Assembly (NCBI RefSeq): GCF_009834535.1
Contig: NC_045697.1
Location: 74,278,001-74,342,000 of the forward strand
DNA from: Camelus ferus
Taxonomy: Eukaryota
Direction of reading: 5' to 3'
Length of the DNA: 64,000 nucleotides
How positions within the stretch are numbered: the first letter of the stretch is position 1; the number at the start of each line of letters is the position of its first letter. Below are positions 1 through 14,900 of the stretch, one piece after another. Under the pieces are notes generated by a model. It saw only the letters and a program-made list of their open reading frames with translations. It searched no databases and was not told the DNA's origin. The position numbers and the translations under genes were made by a program.

Positions 1-928
1 AATAAAAACAATCTATTTCTGATTTAAATGATTAAAAAGTAAAGCAGATATCTTGATTTTTTTTTAACTTTTAACTAAATATTTCTGACTTTAAAAAGAT
101 ATATTTGGTCAGAAAAAAATTACATAGAAATTCATTTGGTTAATAGATATGAGAACTCTTCTATCAAGAGTCCCTAATCTAAAGAAGGGGAGGGGTCATG
201 GGAGACACAAACAAGTCACTGAAATAAATAATAACTTGATTTCTTTAAAAGGAAAATGGTACCTGTTCATTTGTTTACTTTTTAAATAAATAAAATTTAG
301 AAAACTATCCAATATAACAAATTAAAACGTGTTTCAGTATGAAATTCAAGGCAGTTATGTTTGTGAGCAGTAAACTGAGAAAGTGCATGAGAATATAGGA
401 TAAATGGTCAATGGAAGACAATGAAAAGGAAAGACTGGGGAACAGAGAGAGAAACACAGACAGAAAGACAGAAATGCAGATACAAGCAGTGCCTCTGCAC
501 ACAGCTTGTAAGTTTGGTGGTTCAAGCTCACTCAAGAAAAGACATTCTAGTACTTCCTTACTGGACTCTTCCCACAGTGTTTTGTAGTATTTTTAAATGT
601 TTATAAATACATTTATAAATTGTTATAGATGTTTAAATGTCTATAAATACATACTAGTAAGGAATATTCATATTTTGGTGGTCTTCAATCCTTTTTTTTT
701 TAATATTAGAACAAGCTAAAAGCTGAACACAGAAAAATACATATACATGGTGTGGTCCATTTAGGCACAGATACATAAATCACACATATACACTATGTTC
801 ACAAACATTTAAATAATCAGCTTATCTAATTTATTTTTATCAATAGCATAAATGCTCAAATTTTTATTTTAAAAAGCACACATCAACAAAAAAACTATTT
901 GTTTAAAATAGAGAAAAATGATTCCTAC

Positions 929-1088
929 CATTCTTTTCATTTGTCTGGTACATCGGGCACAATACCACACAAGGCGAGGGTCATTCACTTCCTTGTCTGT
1001 CACCTGGGGCTTATGGCAATCTTGGTGGTAGAGATTATGGCATTCCTGACATTCTACTAATTGATTACCGGATGCCACTGTCATTTGC
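929..1088 (-). CDS. INTS12: INTS12 coding exon (160 nt), rest of the PHD finger
   Basis: Encodes [53 protein letters not shown]. Acceptor ttag|G, donor ATG|gtagga, phase 2->0. Gene continues left of the window. Confidence 0.97.
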
Positions 1089-2538
1089 CTAAGAAAATAA
1101 ACCATTAAACATTACACTTATTTGAAGGCAATAATTTAAATCCATTTTAGGGTTGTTCTGGTAAATTTTGATATATTAAAGAGGGTAAAAACCCCAGAAA
1201 ACCAAAGAGCAAAATAACAAATCGCAACATGCAGCCTGCATAAACACTTCACTTTTTTTAAAGGTTACGCTCAATTATTCATAAATGTATATAAAGTGAC
1301 TTAGTGAGTAAATTTGGCTATATTTTCCTTGTCATTTCTCATTATAATTTTTTTCTTTCTCTTTGGCTAGGCCTTCAACAGTCTTACAACATCTTCTTTG
1401 TACCTCTGTTAAATTCCTTTATGTTTGTTGCCTACATATTGTTCTATCTTCTTCATTAATAGATGAGCCGCCTAACAGTGGAAACCGGACGGAATTATCC
1501 ATAGTGCCTAGCACACTATGTGCAGACATAGGGTGTTCAAAAAACTAAGTGCCTTATCAGCTGAACAGAACGGAGCAATGTGTATATCAAAAAGTATAAA
1601 TTCTAACAGCAACAGCCTTAGACTCCTGATGGAGGGTTACAATTACTAGTTCTTTCCCTCTTACTATTTTACCATTTATTTCTTTATATAAAAACAATAA
1701 TCCTTATGGAGATAAAAGTTGAAATAAACAAATTTATGTGAAAACAATAATGCTCTAACAAAATGATCCTATTCAGAGGTACATTAACTGATTATTTATA
1801 TGCCTTACAAAAGTTTATAGTTATTTCCTCAGTCCCAATGCACCATAATTTAACATTTTCATGAAGAAATTAGCAACAAAGGTTTCAATTTTCTCTGTTG
1901 TGCTAGGCAAGGAAAGTCATTAACAATTAGAAATATAGCTCCTGACATCAAAGAGTGTGAAATCTAATTATTCTGATTTTTAAAATGAATCTTTCAGTAA
2001 GCAGAGTTATCTATGTTTTTATAATTATGTATCCATGTTTTAAAACAACATGCAGAATAACCTACATATCCATTCATTTCATTTCCATTAACCTTAGAAA
2101 AAGATTAAATGGTATTTTAGAAAATTATACATAACCATTTATTTTATAAATACTATCAACACTTCAGGAAGAAAAAAAAAGCTACACAGTCTTCTTAAAA
2201 AGAAAGATGGAAATAATTAAGTCTGCTAAACAGACTCTTCCTCACTAAAGAATAAAGCCATAACTGTTTTCCCTCTAGAATCCAAGAATGCAGAAAATGT
2301 TACTACAACATAACTGATTAAATGCCAGTCAGGAAGATAAAATCTTGACAAAGTTCAAGATGTTAAGCTGCCATATGCTATACAGGCAGTTCACAGGGAA
2401 TAGTCAACTTATCTCCTACCCACCTCCAAATAATAACAAAATAAAAAACACTCAACAGTTGGTCTGACTTTTTTTTTTTTTTAACTTGTTTGTTCTTTAC
2501 AAAGAAACAAAAGAATCTTGCGGCAAAGTACAACTTAC

Positions 2539-2726
2539 CTACAAACAACACAGGCCAATCCCATCTCCATGGCAAAATCATCAGCACTAGTCTCCTCAAA
2601 GCTGGAAAGGTCAGCCATAGCTAAATCCTTGCTGGTTTGGACAGTAATGGGGGAGGAGCGTGTCTCTGGTTTCTCCAGTTTAGGTTTCTTTGGAATATCA
2701 GCTCCTTCAGCGGTATCTGATTTCAT
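2539..2726 (-). CDS. INTS12: INTS12 coding exon (188 nt)
   Basis: MKSDTAEG...[11 protein letters not shown], carrying the first CxxC of the PHD finger. Acceptor tag|ATG, donor AG|gtaagt, phase 0->2. Confidence 0.97.
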
Positions 2727-3259
2727 CTATAAAAAGCACCCAATCAGAAATTAACATGTTACAGTAAACTTTAAATCACTGAGAGATGGATAAGATACAC
2801 AGTGTGCAATGACCAAGTCCACTAGACAGATACTTTCACATTGTTAGGGACAGATTACAAACTAAAGACCTGCCAAAGTTTTATAATAAGTTCATAATCA
2901 GTATGTTAAAAGAAACCAACAAGGTAGAAATATATAAATCAGAACAGTTTAGCATGCATCTATATTTCTCTTTGCACTCTTTTATCCATTAAAGACTCCT
3001 GGAACTTCAGTGGATTTACTTACACTTCCTCTTCTTTTTCACCCATTGTGTTTGAATTGAGAAGCCATAGCACTAATAATGCTATTCTTAAGGCTATTTT
3101 TTTATTTTAAATATTTAAAATTATAAACTACTGTTAATTAAAATATATTGAAAAAAAGCAAATAATGAACTTTTACCAGTTGTCCAGGCTTAACACATTG
3201 CCATACTTGTTTCAAAGTAAATTCTGGCTCCTCTCTTTAAGATATAAATGTCATAGATA

Positions 3260-3790
3260 CATCTGTCAGATTGCCAAAAATTAAAAAGTCTGATAAGACA
3301 TGGAGAATTTGGAATTTTTATACTTTATTGGTCAGAATATAAATTCAGTACATCTACTTCTGCCCAATAAAGTTGAAGATGTACCTACCCTATCACATCC
3401 ACTCACAGAAATACATTCTACAGAAACTATCACCATGTGCGCAAAGAGATACATGTAAGCAGTTCACTGAAACTCCATTGTAATAAAGAAAAAGGAGAAC
3501 TGAGCTGTTTGCTTAGCAGTAGGGGAATGGGTAAACTGATTTATTCATAGAATGAATATTACATGGTAGCTGAAAGAAATGCTCAGATATACATGTATCA
3601 GGATAGATAAAATTCAAAAGCACACTGGTGAGAGGAAAAGTTGCCAAAATAAATATATGTACAGTATGATACCATTTATATACATTTAAAAGCACAGAAA
3701 ACAATACAATATAGTTTACAAATAGCCAATATTTAGAAAAAGTATGAAAACACTCCACCTTGAGGGCAGGGGTTACTAAAGTTTTTTTAA
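3260..3790 (+). mobile_element. Old L1 (L1ME-like) 3' fragment
   Basis: Degenerate L1 ORF2-end and 3'UTR motifs (cagtatgataccatttatata). Confidence 0.6.
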
Positions 3791-4266
3791 ATGTATTTTT
3801 TACAAAGTGTTAAAATCCTAATAATTAACTATGTGCAGAAATCATTCAAAATCAAGAGTTATCTGTAATCCTATTAAGATACATGTCAGTCTGTAACAAA
3901 TTTCATTTAGTCATTTATATCTTTATATTACAAAGATATTTTGTGTCTTTATTCTTTCCTCACCATCTTTTCCTTTCAACAACTGTCATACCTTTGAGTT
4001 ATAGATTAAAGTTTATACATGAAATCAATACATCCTCTAAGGCTCAAATATTTGTTAACAATGACTTCAGTAAGTGGTTTAAAAATGTTTCTAAATTTTA
4101 CTCATTTTTCAAAAAACCAACATCTATAATTATGAAAATATATTTACTGAGTGATTATTACATAATTTTACCCACTATTATATACAAAAAGTAAGCACAG
4201 AACATTGTTTCTGCCTCTAAACAATGGACTGATTGGCTGATTTACTAGAGTAAAATAAAATCTTAC

Positions 4267-4419
4267 TTTATCAGCAGGTCTCTTTTCACCTTCCTTCTTT
4301 ACCTTTTCAGTTGTGAGGACCTTGCCATTATTATTGCCAGAAGGAAGACTGGATGTTGTTTTGGGCTCTTGCTTAATGGAAACAGTTTTTGTGCTTGAAA
4401 TTTTGGGTGGCTCCACATC
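4267..4419 (-). CDS. INTS12: INTS12 coding exon (153 nt)
   Basis: [11 protein letters not shown]...EKRPADK. Acceptor gtag|GAT, donor AAA|gtaaga, phase 0->0. Confidence 0.96.
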
Positions 4420-4550
4420 CTACAGGTGAAATTAAAACGATATCTGTAATTAAATATTCAGACTATTTAATATATTATTAAAAATAGATCATAAATCTAA
4501 ACAATTTTCAATTACAAATTAAGACATCATGTTGTGATCAATGTATTATC

Positions 4551-5535
4551 CTTTTTAAAACAACTTCATTGAGATATAACTGATAAACAAACTGCATCTA
4601 TTTAAAGTGTAAAATTTGGTAAGTTTCACTACATAGTTTCACACGTAAGAAACCATCACTACAATCAGCATAATGAACATATCCATCATCCCTCAAAGTT
4701 TCCTTGTGGCCCTTGGTAATCACTCTTAGAAGGAGACATCCTAAAAAACTAAGCCTCCCTGAACTGCTTCTGTAACTATAGATCACTTTGCATTTTCTAG
4801 AAATGTATATAAATGGAATCATGCAGTATATACTCTTTTTTCTGGCTTCTTTCACTCAGCATGTTAATTTTGAGATTCATCAAAGTTGCTGAATGTATAA
4901 AAAGTTCATCCCTTATGTTGCTGAATAGCATTCCATTGAACATACCATGATCTGTTTATTTGTTTACCTATTGATGGACATTTGGGTTGTTTGCAGTTTG
5001 GAGTTATAACAAATAAAACTGTTATGAACGTTCATGTACAAACCTTTATATGGACATATACTTTCATTTCTCTAGAATAAATGTCTAGGAGTGGAATGCC
5101 TGGATCATATGATAGGTTTATGTTTAACTTTATAAGAAACTGCCAAACCATGTTCAAAGTGGTATACCATTTTATATTTTCATCAGGAGTATATGAGTCC
5201 CAGTTCCTTCACATCCTCACATCCTCATCAGTGATAAGCATGGCCAATCTTTTTAATTTTAGACATTTTAATAGGTATGTAGTGGCATATCACTGTAGAT
5301 TTATTTTACATTTCCCTAATGGCTACTGATGTTACATTTTTTCAAGTGCTTATTTGCCTCACATTTATCTTCTTTGGTAAAGTGTTTGTTAAATATTTTT
5401 GCCCATTTGAAAAAGAAGGGTTGTTTTATTATCGAATATAAAGAGTTCTTCATAGATTCTGGATACAAGCTCTTTATCAGATACATGATTTGCGAATCTT
5501 TTCTCTCAGTCTGTGGCTTGTCTTTTCTTTCTGTT
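4551..5535 (-). mobile_element. L1 (L1MB/MC-like) 3' fragment
   Basis: Typical antisense L1 text (attgagatataa, atggaatcatgcagtat, ttgatggacatttgggttg); ORF2-like minus-strand translations. Confidence 0.85.
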
Positions 5536-6359
5536 TTAAACTTGTAATCCTTGTTATTATTACTGCTTTGCTGATGTATATATTTGTTATCTGTTGTTAA
5601 TAGTATAAAAAGCTTTTGCATATAGTAGCTCATTGGAATTATTCCCAATTTTTATGTTGGAACTATATTTGGACAGACAGTTACTAATGTTTATAAGCAC
5701 ACCACTGCCTCCAGGTGATTCTCACCAATTCTAGAGATGGAAATGTTCAGCTAAAAATTAAAATTAAATGAACCTACATTTTAAAAATACCTAGCAGAGA
5801 ATTTTCTCTAAACTGACAAAGAGAAGTTAATATCAGTTATAAATCTAAGGGCTGGAGGTTTTTTAATTGCAACAAACTTTTCATGTACTTTAACAGATGA
5901 GTTTCCTTCTGTTTTAGAATCTCAAAATACTGCTTCTTTAGTAATAATATGAATTTCCTATTTGGATAATACCAATATTCAACACAGAATGAATTTATTG
6001 GTGTATTTTGTTGAGTTTTATTAGTTTGGTTGGCTTAAACTCATTGAACCTACCAGAATGAGAATGGTGAAACAAATGAAGTCACAATGGCTCCATTATT
6101 CAAAAACCAATAGAAAAAGGTTTACGAATACTAGAGTTAGTGTTAAAAGAAGGCTGGTAGCAAAATTTCAGTTTTCTTGGATGCTAAGTCTGGGATGTGG
6201 CCTGTTTTGAGTTTGAGATTCTGGATTAGACTGAGCTAGCCATGGAATTCTGTCTTCTTCTCAGTTTGGTATGGATGACTTGGAGTTTCAAGGCTACAGC
6301 TTTAGAAAGGTTTGAAAGAATGTCCTTACTAGGTATTAGAGAATATAGTAAGAGCTGCC

Positions 6360-6620
6360 AGTCACTAAGAGCCTATCATGTACCAGGTAGATACTGCACT
6401 AGGTGACTGACATACTTTCTCTTTAAATTTTCATAACTTTGTAAGGTAGCTCTTATTAGCCTCATTTTACTAATAAAGAAACAGAGGCTGGGTGAAATGT
6501 TACTATACCTCAGTTTCCTTATTATAAAATGAAAATAAATATCTATCTCAAAGGATCACAATTAATTATACACATACACCACTCAGAAAAGTACCTGGGA
6601 CACTACAAATGTTCAAGATA
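6360..6620. mobile_element. MIR SINE remnants
   Basis: MIR core motifs (cctcattttac...gaaacagaggct; cctcagtttcct..ataaaatg). Confidence 0.6.
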
Positions 6621-7197
6621 TGTTACAGATCACCACACTAGTAAGAGGTAAGCTGGGATTTAAAACAACTTGTCTGGTTCCAAAATGTATATTCTTTTTA
6701 CATAAAGCTGCTTGGCCACTTTGTTATTATCACAATTGGGACTATATAGCTCTCATAGTTTATCCATACCTTCTTTTTTCCTTAAATTATCCTATCCACA
6801 TTTAATACACTTCATTGCAAAATCTCTGTCCTTTTACTTCAATATTTTTTGCTCCTAAAACATTAGGAAATAATTACAAGTTATGTTTCATTCATCAGCT
6901 TAAAAAAAAATCTGATCATAAGGAACTAGAAATTGAAATATATCTTTAACAAGTGGGTTTCCATACACAGAAAGTAGTAGAACAGAATATCCCCCATTCC
7001 CAGCTAACTTTTCTATATAGTGTAACAGCTCTCTGAAAGCTTGAAGGAAGAAAAGAACACTATAAAATATAATTTCTTCATGCCACAAGAAAATGATTAT
7101 TTTGGCAAAGAGATTGTTTTGAGATAGTCTAAATGTTAACACTGTTTTACAATAGGCTTTACAAAACTCCCTCCAAGCTTTTTATTCAGGTAGGTAC

Positions 7198-7353
7198 CTT
7201 TTGAGAAGGACGGTAACTTGAATCAATGCCCCGAGCCAAAGATTCATCCAGTAGTGCTTTCAACTTTTCAGCAGAATCCTTACTCTTTGAATGTAAGAAG
7301 CCTAGTGCTTTCAAAAAAATGGGATCAAGTTCCAAGTTCACAGTAGCAGCCAT
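7198..7353 (-). CDS. INTS12: INTS12 first coding exon (Integrator subunit 12); exon starts at 7362 with 9 nt of UTR
   Basis: [52 protein letters not shown] is the recognisable INTS12 N-terminus. Poly-T/cag acceptor, donor AAG|gtacct. Confidence 0.97.
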
Positions 7354-10300
7354 AGCAGACACCTGAATAAAAAAAAAAAAGAGGGGAAAGTAATTTACAG
7401 ACAATGGTCAATAATCTATGTCAAAGTTCATCTGTTTTGTTCCTTTGCTTATAGTAGGTAATAGTCTGTACATGATAGAAAGTTCCAAGTGTTCTAAAGG
7501 TTATTACAGATAAAAGTAAATTTCCTTCTTGTCCCTGACTGGTATTATCTATTACTTTTCTCTAGAAGCAAGAACATTATCAATTTTCTTTGTATCCATA
7601 TCCATGGCAAAATTTTAAATCCAGATAAGCACCTCCCTGCTGCAGAGCCCCTTCCTAACACTGTTTTGAAATAGTATGCTTACAATTCAGCACACAGGAC
7701 TTAATGTGTTTAAAGTCAAGTTTACTATATATATACATGTACATATATATATCAAAAGTTCTTCTCTCAAACCTTTTATTTCCATTATACATATTAAAAA
7801 AAAAAAAAAAAAGGTTGGGGGAAGGGTGTCACCAGAGGGCAACAGTCAGAGAATGCATTAAGCAATGAGCTATAAAGGTCATTGTTGAAGCTTTTACATC
7901 AACTATCCTTTTTTTTTTTCCTCCTTAGTTCTCATCCCCAATCTTAAATGCCTCAGAAAACATACTAACAATAATCTTACTGCATCACATTTAGATCTCA
8001 CACATTAACCTACTTTGAAAAAGGTCTCTGACAAGTGGTGCCATACTATATACATATCTCCCACAGGGTCTATGATATTCTCTGTGTCCCATGGAGCTTA
8101 AAAAATAGTGAAGATACACATCAAAGGCTTATGAAATTTCAAAACATTAAAAAGTTTTGTTTTCAGCTAATACCAATGCTGTCATATGGTTCTACTTCTG
8201 GTGTCACTTTTTCAAACACTTCTTCAGGCAAGGAATAAAATATTTTATTTTATTAAAACAAAAATGTATACTTTGTGTTCAAACCTTTGATCAGCATTCT
8301 AGAGTTTGAAATTATCTTCTATCCTCAAGGTTAATATTATAAGAATGCAACGCACTTGCACTGCTAGAGTTAAGGATCTGTCACCAGTTCCACGTTAATC
8401 TCTCATTTTCAGGGGTTTACAAAGCCATTGAAACTTGCTATAGGTTGAATCTTGGCATTAAGAAAGCTCAGCTTGAAAATGGATTTTGTTTGTTCCTTCC
8501 CCATCTACTTTCCCCCTTAATCCCTCTCCAATTTTTATAGGAAACATACACACACACATACCCTACTAGGCTTTTAAAAAAGTTTTAAGAAGGTATTAGG
8601 TATCTATCTGATAGCCACAAAATTACTGTCAAATTTCGTGCTCTACTCTAATCACCCATGAGAAGGGGTCCACAGATCAATACTAAAAGAAAAATAACCT
8701 ACCTCAATCAGTTAACAAAAGTTGAGAAGCAACCTCTGTCACTTCTTAAGATTGTATTATTACAAACATCATCAAAAATAATGATAGGTACAGAAATGTA
8801 TTTTTAAAAAATTTACTCATGAGGCTGGTCACCATATACATTCTGAGGATAAAAGAGCTCCTCATTAAAAGGTCCATGATGAAAAGGAGTAAGGCTGCCA
8901 TGCCTCCTGAGTGCACAAGGGAAGACAGCCCAGTCTTTCTGCTCACATAACTTTTTAAAGCTAAACAGCATAGCAGTTTACTTACAACAATCTGTATTAT
9001 GAGGTACTGAAAAGACTGATACTTAGAAGAATCCTTTTAATATATTAGAAAAAGCAAAGTATTTATTGGTATGTATTTCCATAATCATAGATGAAAGGTT
9101 TACATTATAGATTAGGTAACAAGAGTCAGCACCTAGATTACAAGACTACAGATCATGTCATCAGCACCAACTAGGAGCCAGTTCTTTTTATATGAACTTG
9201 CAATTCATTTTTATAATGAATAGACTTTATACCCATGCCCTAAATTATTAACATGTCCCTCTAGCCAGTGGTCTTCCCAGTAGAATACAGAGAAAAAAAT
9301 ATTAAAATTTCTTTTTATTTTTAATCTTTTAGTAAAAAAAAAATTAAGTGTACAGAATGATAGTAGTACATGCATATAATTGGTAACTAAATACACACAT
9401 AAGGAAGTGTGCTCAATTTTTTCACTCATGGAATAAATGATGAGGGAAGTTTGGAGGCCAATGCTGTAGCCTATCCAGCAAATTCCAGTTTCCCTTTCCC
9501 TATTATATATGCATAGTGACTGCTTTAAGATACAGATTACCTTCCACTTGAAAATCCCTCCAGTACTCCCATTCAGCTCAGCTCTTTCCCTTCCCCACAT
9601 TAACTTCATTGCTAGCTGCCTATCATCTTCTAGCCCCTACTCATTACCAGCACATTCCCATGTATTCCCCACTGTTTCCTCAAGCACTCCTTTTATCTCT
9701 TTACCTTTACGATTGCCCGTTGGCCCCACAGACACCACCTCTTTTGCAACCTTCTCTCAAGCAGTGTTCCTTTGATTTGTTCCTACTGAAAGAGCAAAGA
9801 GAGGTCTATGGAGACCTCACTCCACATTGCTGCTTTTGGAATAATATTCCATAACCACCACTCATAAACATCTTTTCTTGAAATCCACACCTGCATTTTC
9901 ACTGTTGCTCATGTACAGAACATTTGCACCAGTTCATCTTCTTCCTTTCTTCCTGCCATCATCTTTGGTAATTTTAACATCGTTAGTGATGATTTTTTCC
10001 AACTTCCTGCACCAGGTTTATTTAGATCTTCAATCCCAAGAAGCTTCATATTCAGTCACTGAAACTTGCAACCTGCCATAACTATTCTCCTCTTTGACTA
10101 CAATCAATTATCCTTATACACTACAGTCTTACATCACTCTATCTCTTCTACTGCTTTGACCCAGGAGCCTCTGCAGGCTTCCAAGTCAATTTTCTTTCTT
10201 TTAAAAAATTTCCTTACTCCTATTCATCTCTACTTTGAATTTATAGCAGCCTCCACTTTCTTGTTCCCTCTGCTTTGTCCTTATTGGCACCTGCTTATCC

Positions 10301-10471
10301 CAACTTTTTTCCCTCACCCAACAGAAAACAGGAGTTGGGCCTAAAATAAAACACTCATGGTTATGGGCTTTACCCTTTATATTTTAGTTTTCCCCCTTAT
10401 GTTCCCTCCCCCTATTCTATCGCCTTCTCTAATTTCTATCACTTGTCCTTTCTTACTGGCAAACCCACATA

Positions 10472-11453
10472 CAGTAAGTAGTCCCCCCTTACCTGTGGTT
10501 TCACTTTCTGACATTTTCATTACCCACAGTCAGAAAAGACTAAATGGAAAATTTCAGAAGTAAACAATTATACGTGTTAAGTTGCATGCTGCTTTGTATA
10601 GCATGATGAAATCTGTCGCTGGCCCAGTCTGTCCTGCTCAGGACATGAATCATCCCTTTGTCCAGTGAATCCCAACTATTAGTCAGTAGCCAGCTTGGAT
10701 ATCAGACTGTCAGGGTATCACAGTGCTAGTGTTCAGGTCACCCTTAGTTTGCTTAATAATGACCCCAAAGACCCAGAGTAGTGATGCAGGCAATTCACAT
10801 ATGGCAGAAAAACTGCAAAGTGCTTCCTCTAAATGAAAAGGTGAAAGTTCTCAACTTAATAAGAAAAAAATTGGATGCTCATATGGTTTCTAAGACCTAT
10901 GGTAAAAATGAATCTTCTATTTGTGAAATTGTGAAGAAGGAAAAAGAAATTTGTGCTAGTTTTGCTGTTGCACCTCCACCTGCAAAAGTTATAGCTACAG
11001 TGCATGGTAAGTGCTTAGTTCAACTGGAAAAGGCATTAAATCTGCAGGTGGAGGACATGAACAGAAAACGTGTTCCAATAGGTGGCAATGTGTTGGGCCA
11101 GAAAGCACAGATTCAGGAATAGTTTTAAACGAAAAATAGAAGAATTACTGAAGAGGCTGTGTCTACCAATGAAGAAGAAGCCACTGTCACATTTCTGGCA
11201 GAGTTAAAGAAGCTGAAGAGAGAGACCATGTTCATGTATCTTTTACTGTAGTATATTATTATAATTGTTCTAGTTTACTATTAGTTACTGTTGTTAATCT
11301 TTCACTGTGCCTAATTTATTAATAAAACTTTATCAGATGTATGTATGTGTAGGGAAAAACACAGTATGTATAGCGTTTGATACTATCAGTGGTTTCAGGC
11401 ATCCACTGGGTGTCCTGGAACATATTCCCCCAGGGACAAGAGGGGTACTACTG
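10472..11453 (+). mobile_element. Tigger7/MER44-type DNA transposon, internally deleted
   Basis: TIRs CAGTA(AGTA)GTCCCCCCTT and AAGAGGGGTACTACTG with TA at the left flank. ORF 10781-11122 resembles a CENP-B/pogo HTH region. Confidence 0.85.
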
Positions 11454-11989
11454 AATAGTGAAAGAAATTATTGTCATGTAAATCTGTCAATCTATCTTCC
11501 TTATTATTTCCAAAAATATTTTCCTGGAGTTATACCAAATCATGTTACTTCTGTATAATTCTTGCCTGTATATTCTAAAATCCATGACAAAAACAGACCG
11601 TGAAAGATCCATATAATTCTTACTGTGGATTAGAATTCTAGAAAACCAAGCCCTAGGTGTATGTAGATATAAATATATACAAGAAATTTAATGCTTTAAA
11701 TGTAGGTTTAACTTAAAATCTAGATGTTGCTTTAAAAAAAGAAGAATGTCAGAAAACTAATAATAATCCCCACTCTAAAATATGTCAATGACCTAGGAAG
11801 GCGGTATTAGTGGTGTTGGTGGGAGAGAATTCTTAGCTCATGCCGGGTATTGCCTACAGCACATGCATATAAGTAACAGAAATTCACACTTCTAAACAAT
11901 GATCTTTTTTCTCCATCTCTTTTTTTTCTTCATGGTCCAGGCTTTCAAAGACTCTCTTCTAAGGTCTTTAAGCATCCCTGCCACATAGT

Positions 11990-14900
11990 CCTATAGTTTC
12001 ACCTATTTCATAGCCACCCTTCTTATTTACCTTCTCCCTGTCTGCACCCAAACTCTAAGTGCAGCTGAGAGGAATACAAACACTCTGTATCTTCAGAGTC
12101 ACCAATCTCATCAAGGCACTCAATACAACTTAGCAATCCTATTGTGTCTCTCTGGTCAACTCACTTTCTCACTTTCTGCGAAGACCAGTCATACCTTCTC
12201 CATTTGCCTTGAAATGCTCTCTTTCTTAGTAGGCAGATCTACTTCACAGAGAAAACAGAAACTGTCAGAGAGGAACTAAATCAACTTCCTGCCACCACAT
12301 CTACAAACTTACCTGTACCAATTCTTTCCTCTTCTGCACCTGTTAAATAAGAGGGTGGCTCTCCATGTAACGCCACCTGTACCTGGAGCCTATCTCCCCT
12401 GCTCTGAAACCTTGAGCTATGAATTACTCCTATGTTTCCTTCATACCCTCAAACCTCCCTCCCTAGCCTCTTTCTTTCTACTGCCTTCTTTTCATTGCCA
12501 TTTAAATATCTTCTATCCTGTTTTCTTTATTTTATAGCAAAACTTCCTAAGAAAGTCACCTACATTTTATATTCTTTTTCTTCATTCCTTTCATTTATGC
12601 TGTACTTCCTGCAATTTGGCCTTGTCCCACCATTCCATGGAAATATTTTCACCAAAGTATACACAGCCTTAAGCAGGTAAATATAATAAATACTGTTTTT
12701 GCCTCCTACTTTCTCATTCTTTTTTGAAGGTTCCTCCCGTCCCTTTAAACAAAAATGAGTTCCTCAAGATTAGGTTCTGAATATCTTCTTATTTCTCTCT
12801 ACATCTTCTTAAAACGTGTCCTTTGGATCAGCAGCAATAGGCATTACCTGGGAACCTGTTAGAAATTCAAATTCTTGGTCTTCACAACCAGACCTACTAA
12901 AAACAAAACAAAACAAAACAAAACAAAACAAAACAAAACAAAAAAACAAAAAACCTCTGGGAGTGGGACCCAGAAATCTGCATTAAATCTTTCAGGTGGT
13001 TCTGATCTACTCTAATGTTTGAGAATCACTGGCCTAGAAAATTTGAACTACACCCTTTTGCCAGTAATTATAAATTTCTCTCTTCATTCTCCAGCCCATG
13101 TGTCTCTTCTAATCTCCAACTACCAGCTTCACTTGGATATCTCACTGGTGCCTCCTATACAACATATCTCTAACAGAGCCACTCATAAACTCTTCTTCCA
13201 ACCAGTTCTTTCCCTAGTATTCCCTCTCAAATACTTTAGTGCTCCAGCCAGAAACCTGAGACTTTCCACCCCACCTCCCATTCAATCACCAAACCTCTTA
13301 AGTATATTTCAAATTCACCTACCTTTTTCAATCCTTACAAGTACCACCCTAGACCAAGGTACCAACATCCATCTTTATCTGGCCTAAAACTTAATCAGTC
13401 TCCCCACAACTACTTTTGTTCCCCTCCAAATCTTCTCTATCATTCACTTGCTTAAAACACTCCTTTTCACTTCTTATTGTCCAAAGGTTAAAGAACAAGA
13501 TTCTTAAAAGATCTCTAATGCCCTACATGATCTAGTAATACATATAAAGCAGTTACAACAGTACCTGGCACAGAGTACAAATGCTCATTACATGTCACCT
13601 ACTATCCCAAGCTATTCCCACTCTGTTGTAGCCCCATGACTTATTTCAAGTCTTTCAACATACACTCTTTTCTACCTCAGCTTTAATATAAAATGTCCCT
13701 TGCCTCATCTTATTCATCCTTCCAGCCTCAGTTTTTTCCTGCACATTCCCCTAACAAAATAAGAAGTCTTCCAGTTACATAGTTCCAAACATACTGTACT
13801 TATTCATCATAGTTACTACACTGGTCATCATGTAAACAGGGTTTGTCTTTTTCACTAGAATGTACGTTCCATGAGGACCAGCACTGGACAGACCTTACCT
13901 ACTGCTGTAACCTATGTGTCTAGGCAGTCAGCGGGCACTCAGTAAATGCTGGCCAAGTGAGTACATGTTTTTCACTTTCTCATTCAAAAACCTTTGTCCT
14001 TCACGAGTTCAAGAGTTCTGTTATACTCAGCTTTCCTGGGTTTCCGTTTCTATCTTGGCTACTCTTTCTCTGGCTCATCTCATCTCCATCACTCTTTATA
14101 TTGACCAAATATCTGTCCTTGTCTATTTTCTTTAGTTCTGCTACCAATTTCTTCCTTGGTAATCTTATATATATCACGTTTTTAACTATCACCTGTGGGC
14201 AGATGATTTCGTATGTTTATCCCCATTCCAATCTCTCTTAAGCTCGAATCCCACGTTTCCAATTGCTCAGTAGACATGTCTACCTGGTTGCCCTAATGGT
14301 ATCTCAAATTCATTTATAACTGAAATTAAGATTATGAATATCTTCCTCTCAAAGCTCCTTGCCCTAAACTTACTTTCAGTAAATGACACACTCTCTGTTT
14401 ATCAGGTCTGAGGCCTAAATCTTTGCCCCAGTGAGTCATCCTCAATTCCTTATATCTGAACAACCAGCAGCCCTTTCCTGTGAATTCTGACATTTCTCAT
14501 TTGTTCCCCATTTTCCATTTCCACTGGTACTACTCAGATTCAGTTCTCTATTAGCTTTTCGTACTATAGCGATAATCTAGTTATTCTCCTTGACTTCAAC
14601 ACTGTTGCCATATTAATATGGCATACCTGCAACACGTCTTTCTCCCTTCCTTCCTTCCTTGTTTCTTCCCTCCTTCCCTCTCTCTTTCTTTCTTTCTTCC
14701 ATTTTCCTCCTCAAAAATTAAGGCTTCCCATTGCCTTCAAAATAAAGCCCAATTTCTTGGCCTAGCATTTAAAAAGATTCAGTAATTGGCACAAAAATTT
14801 TAATTCTTCATCCCCAGATCTTCGTTAGAGCACAGCCATTAGCTAGCCTTGCTACTTCTACTCATTTTTTCTCTGTCTGGGAGGATTTTATTCATTTATA

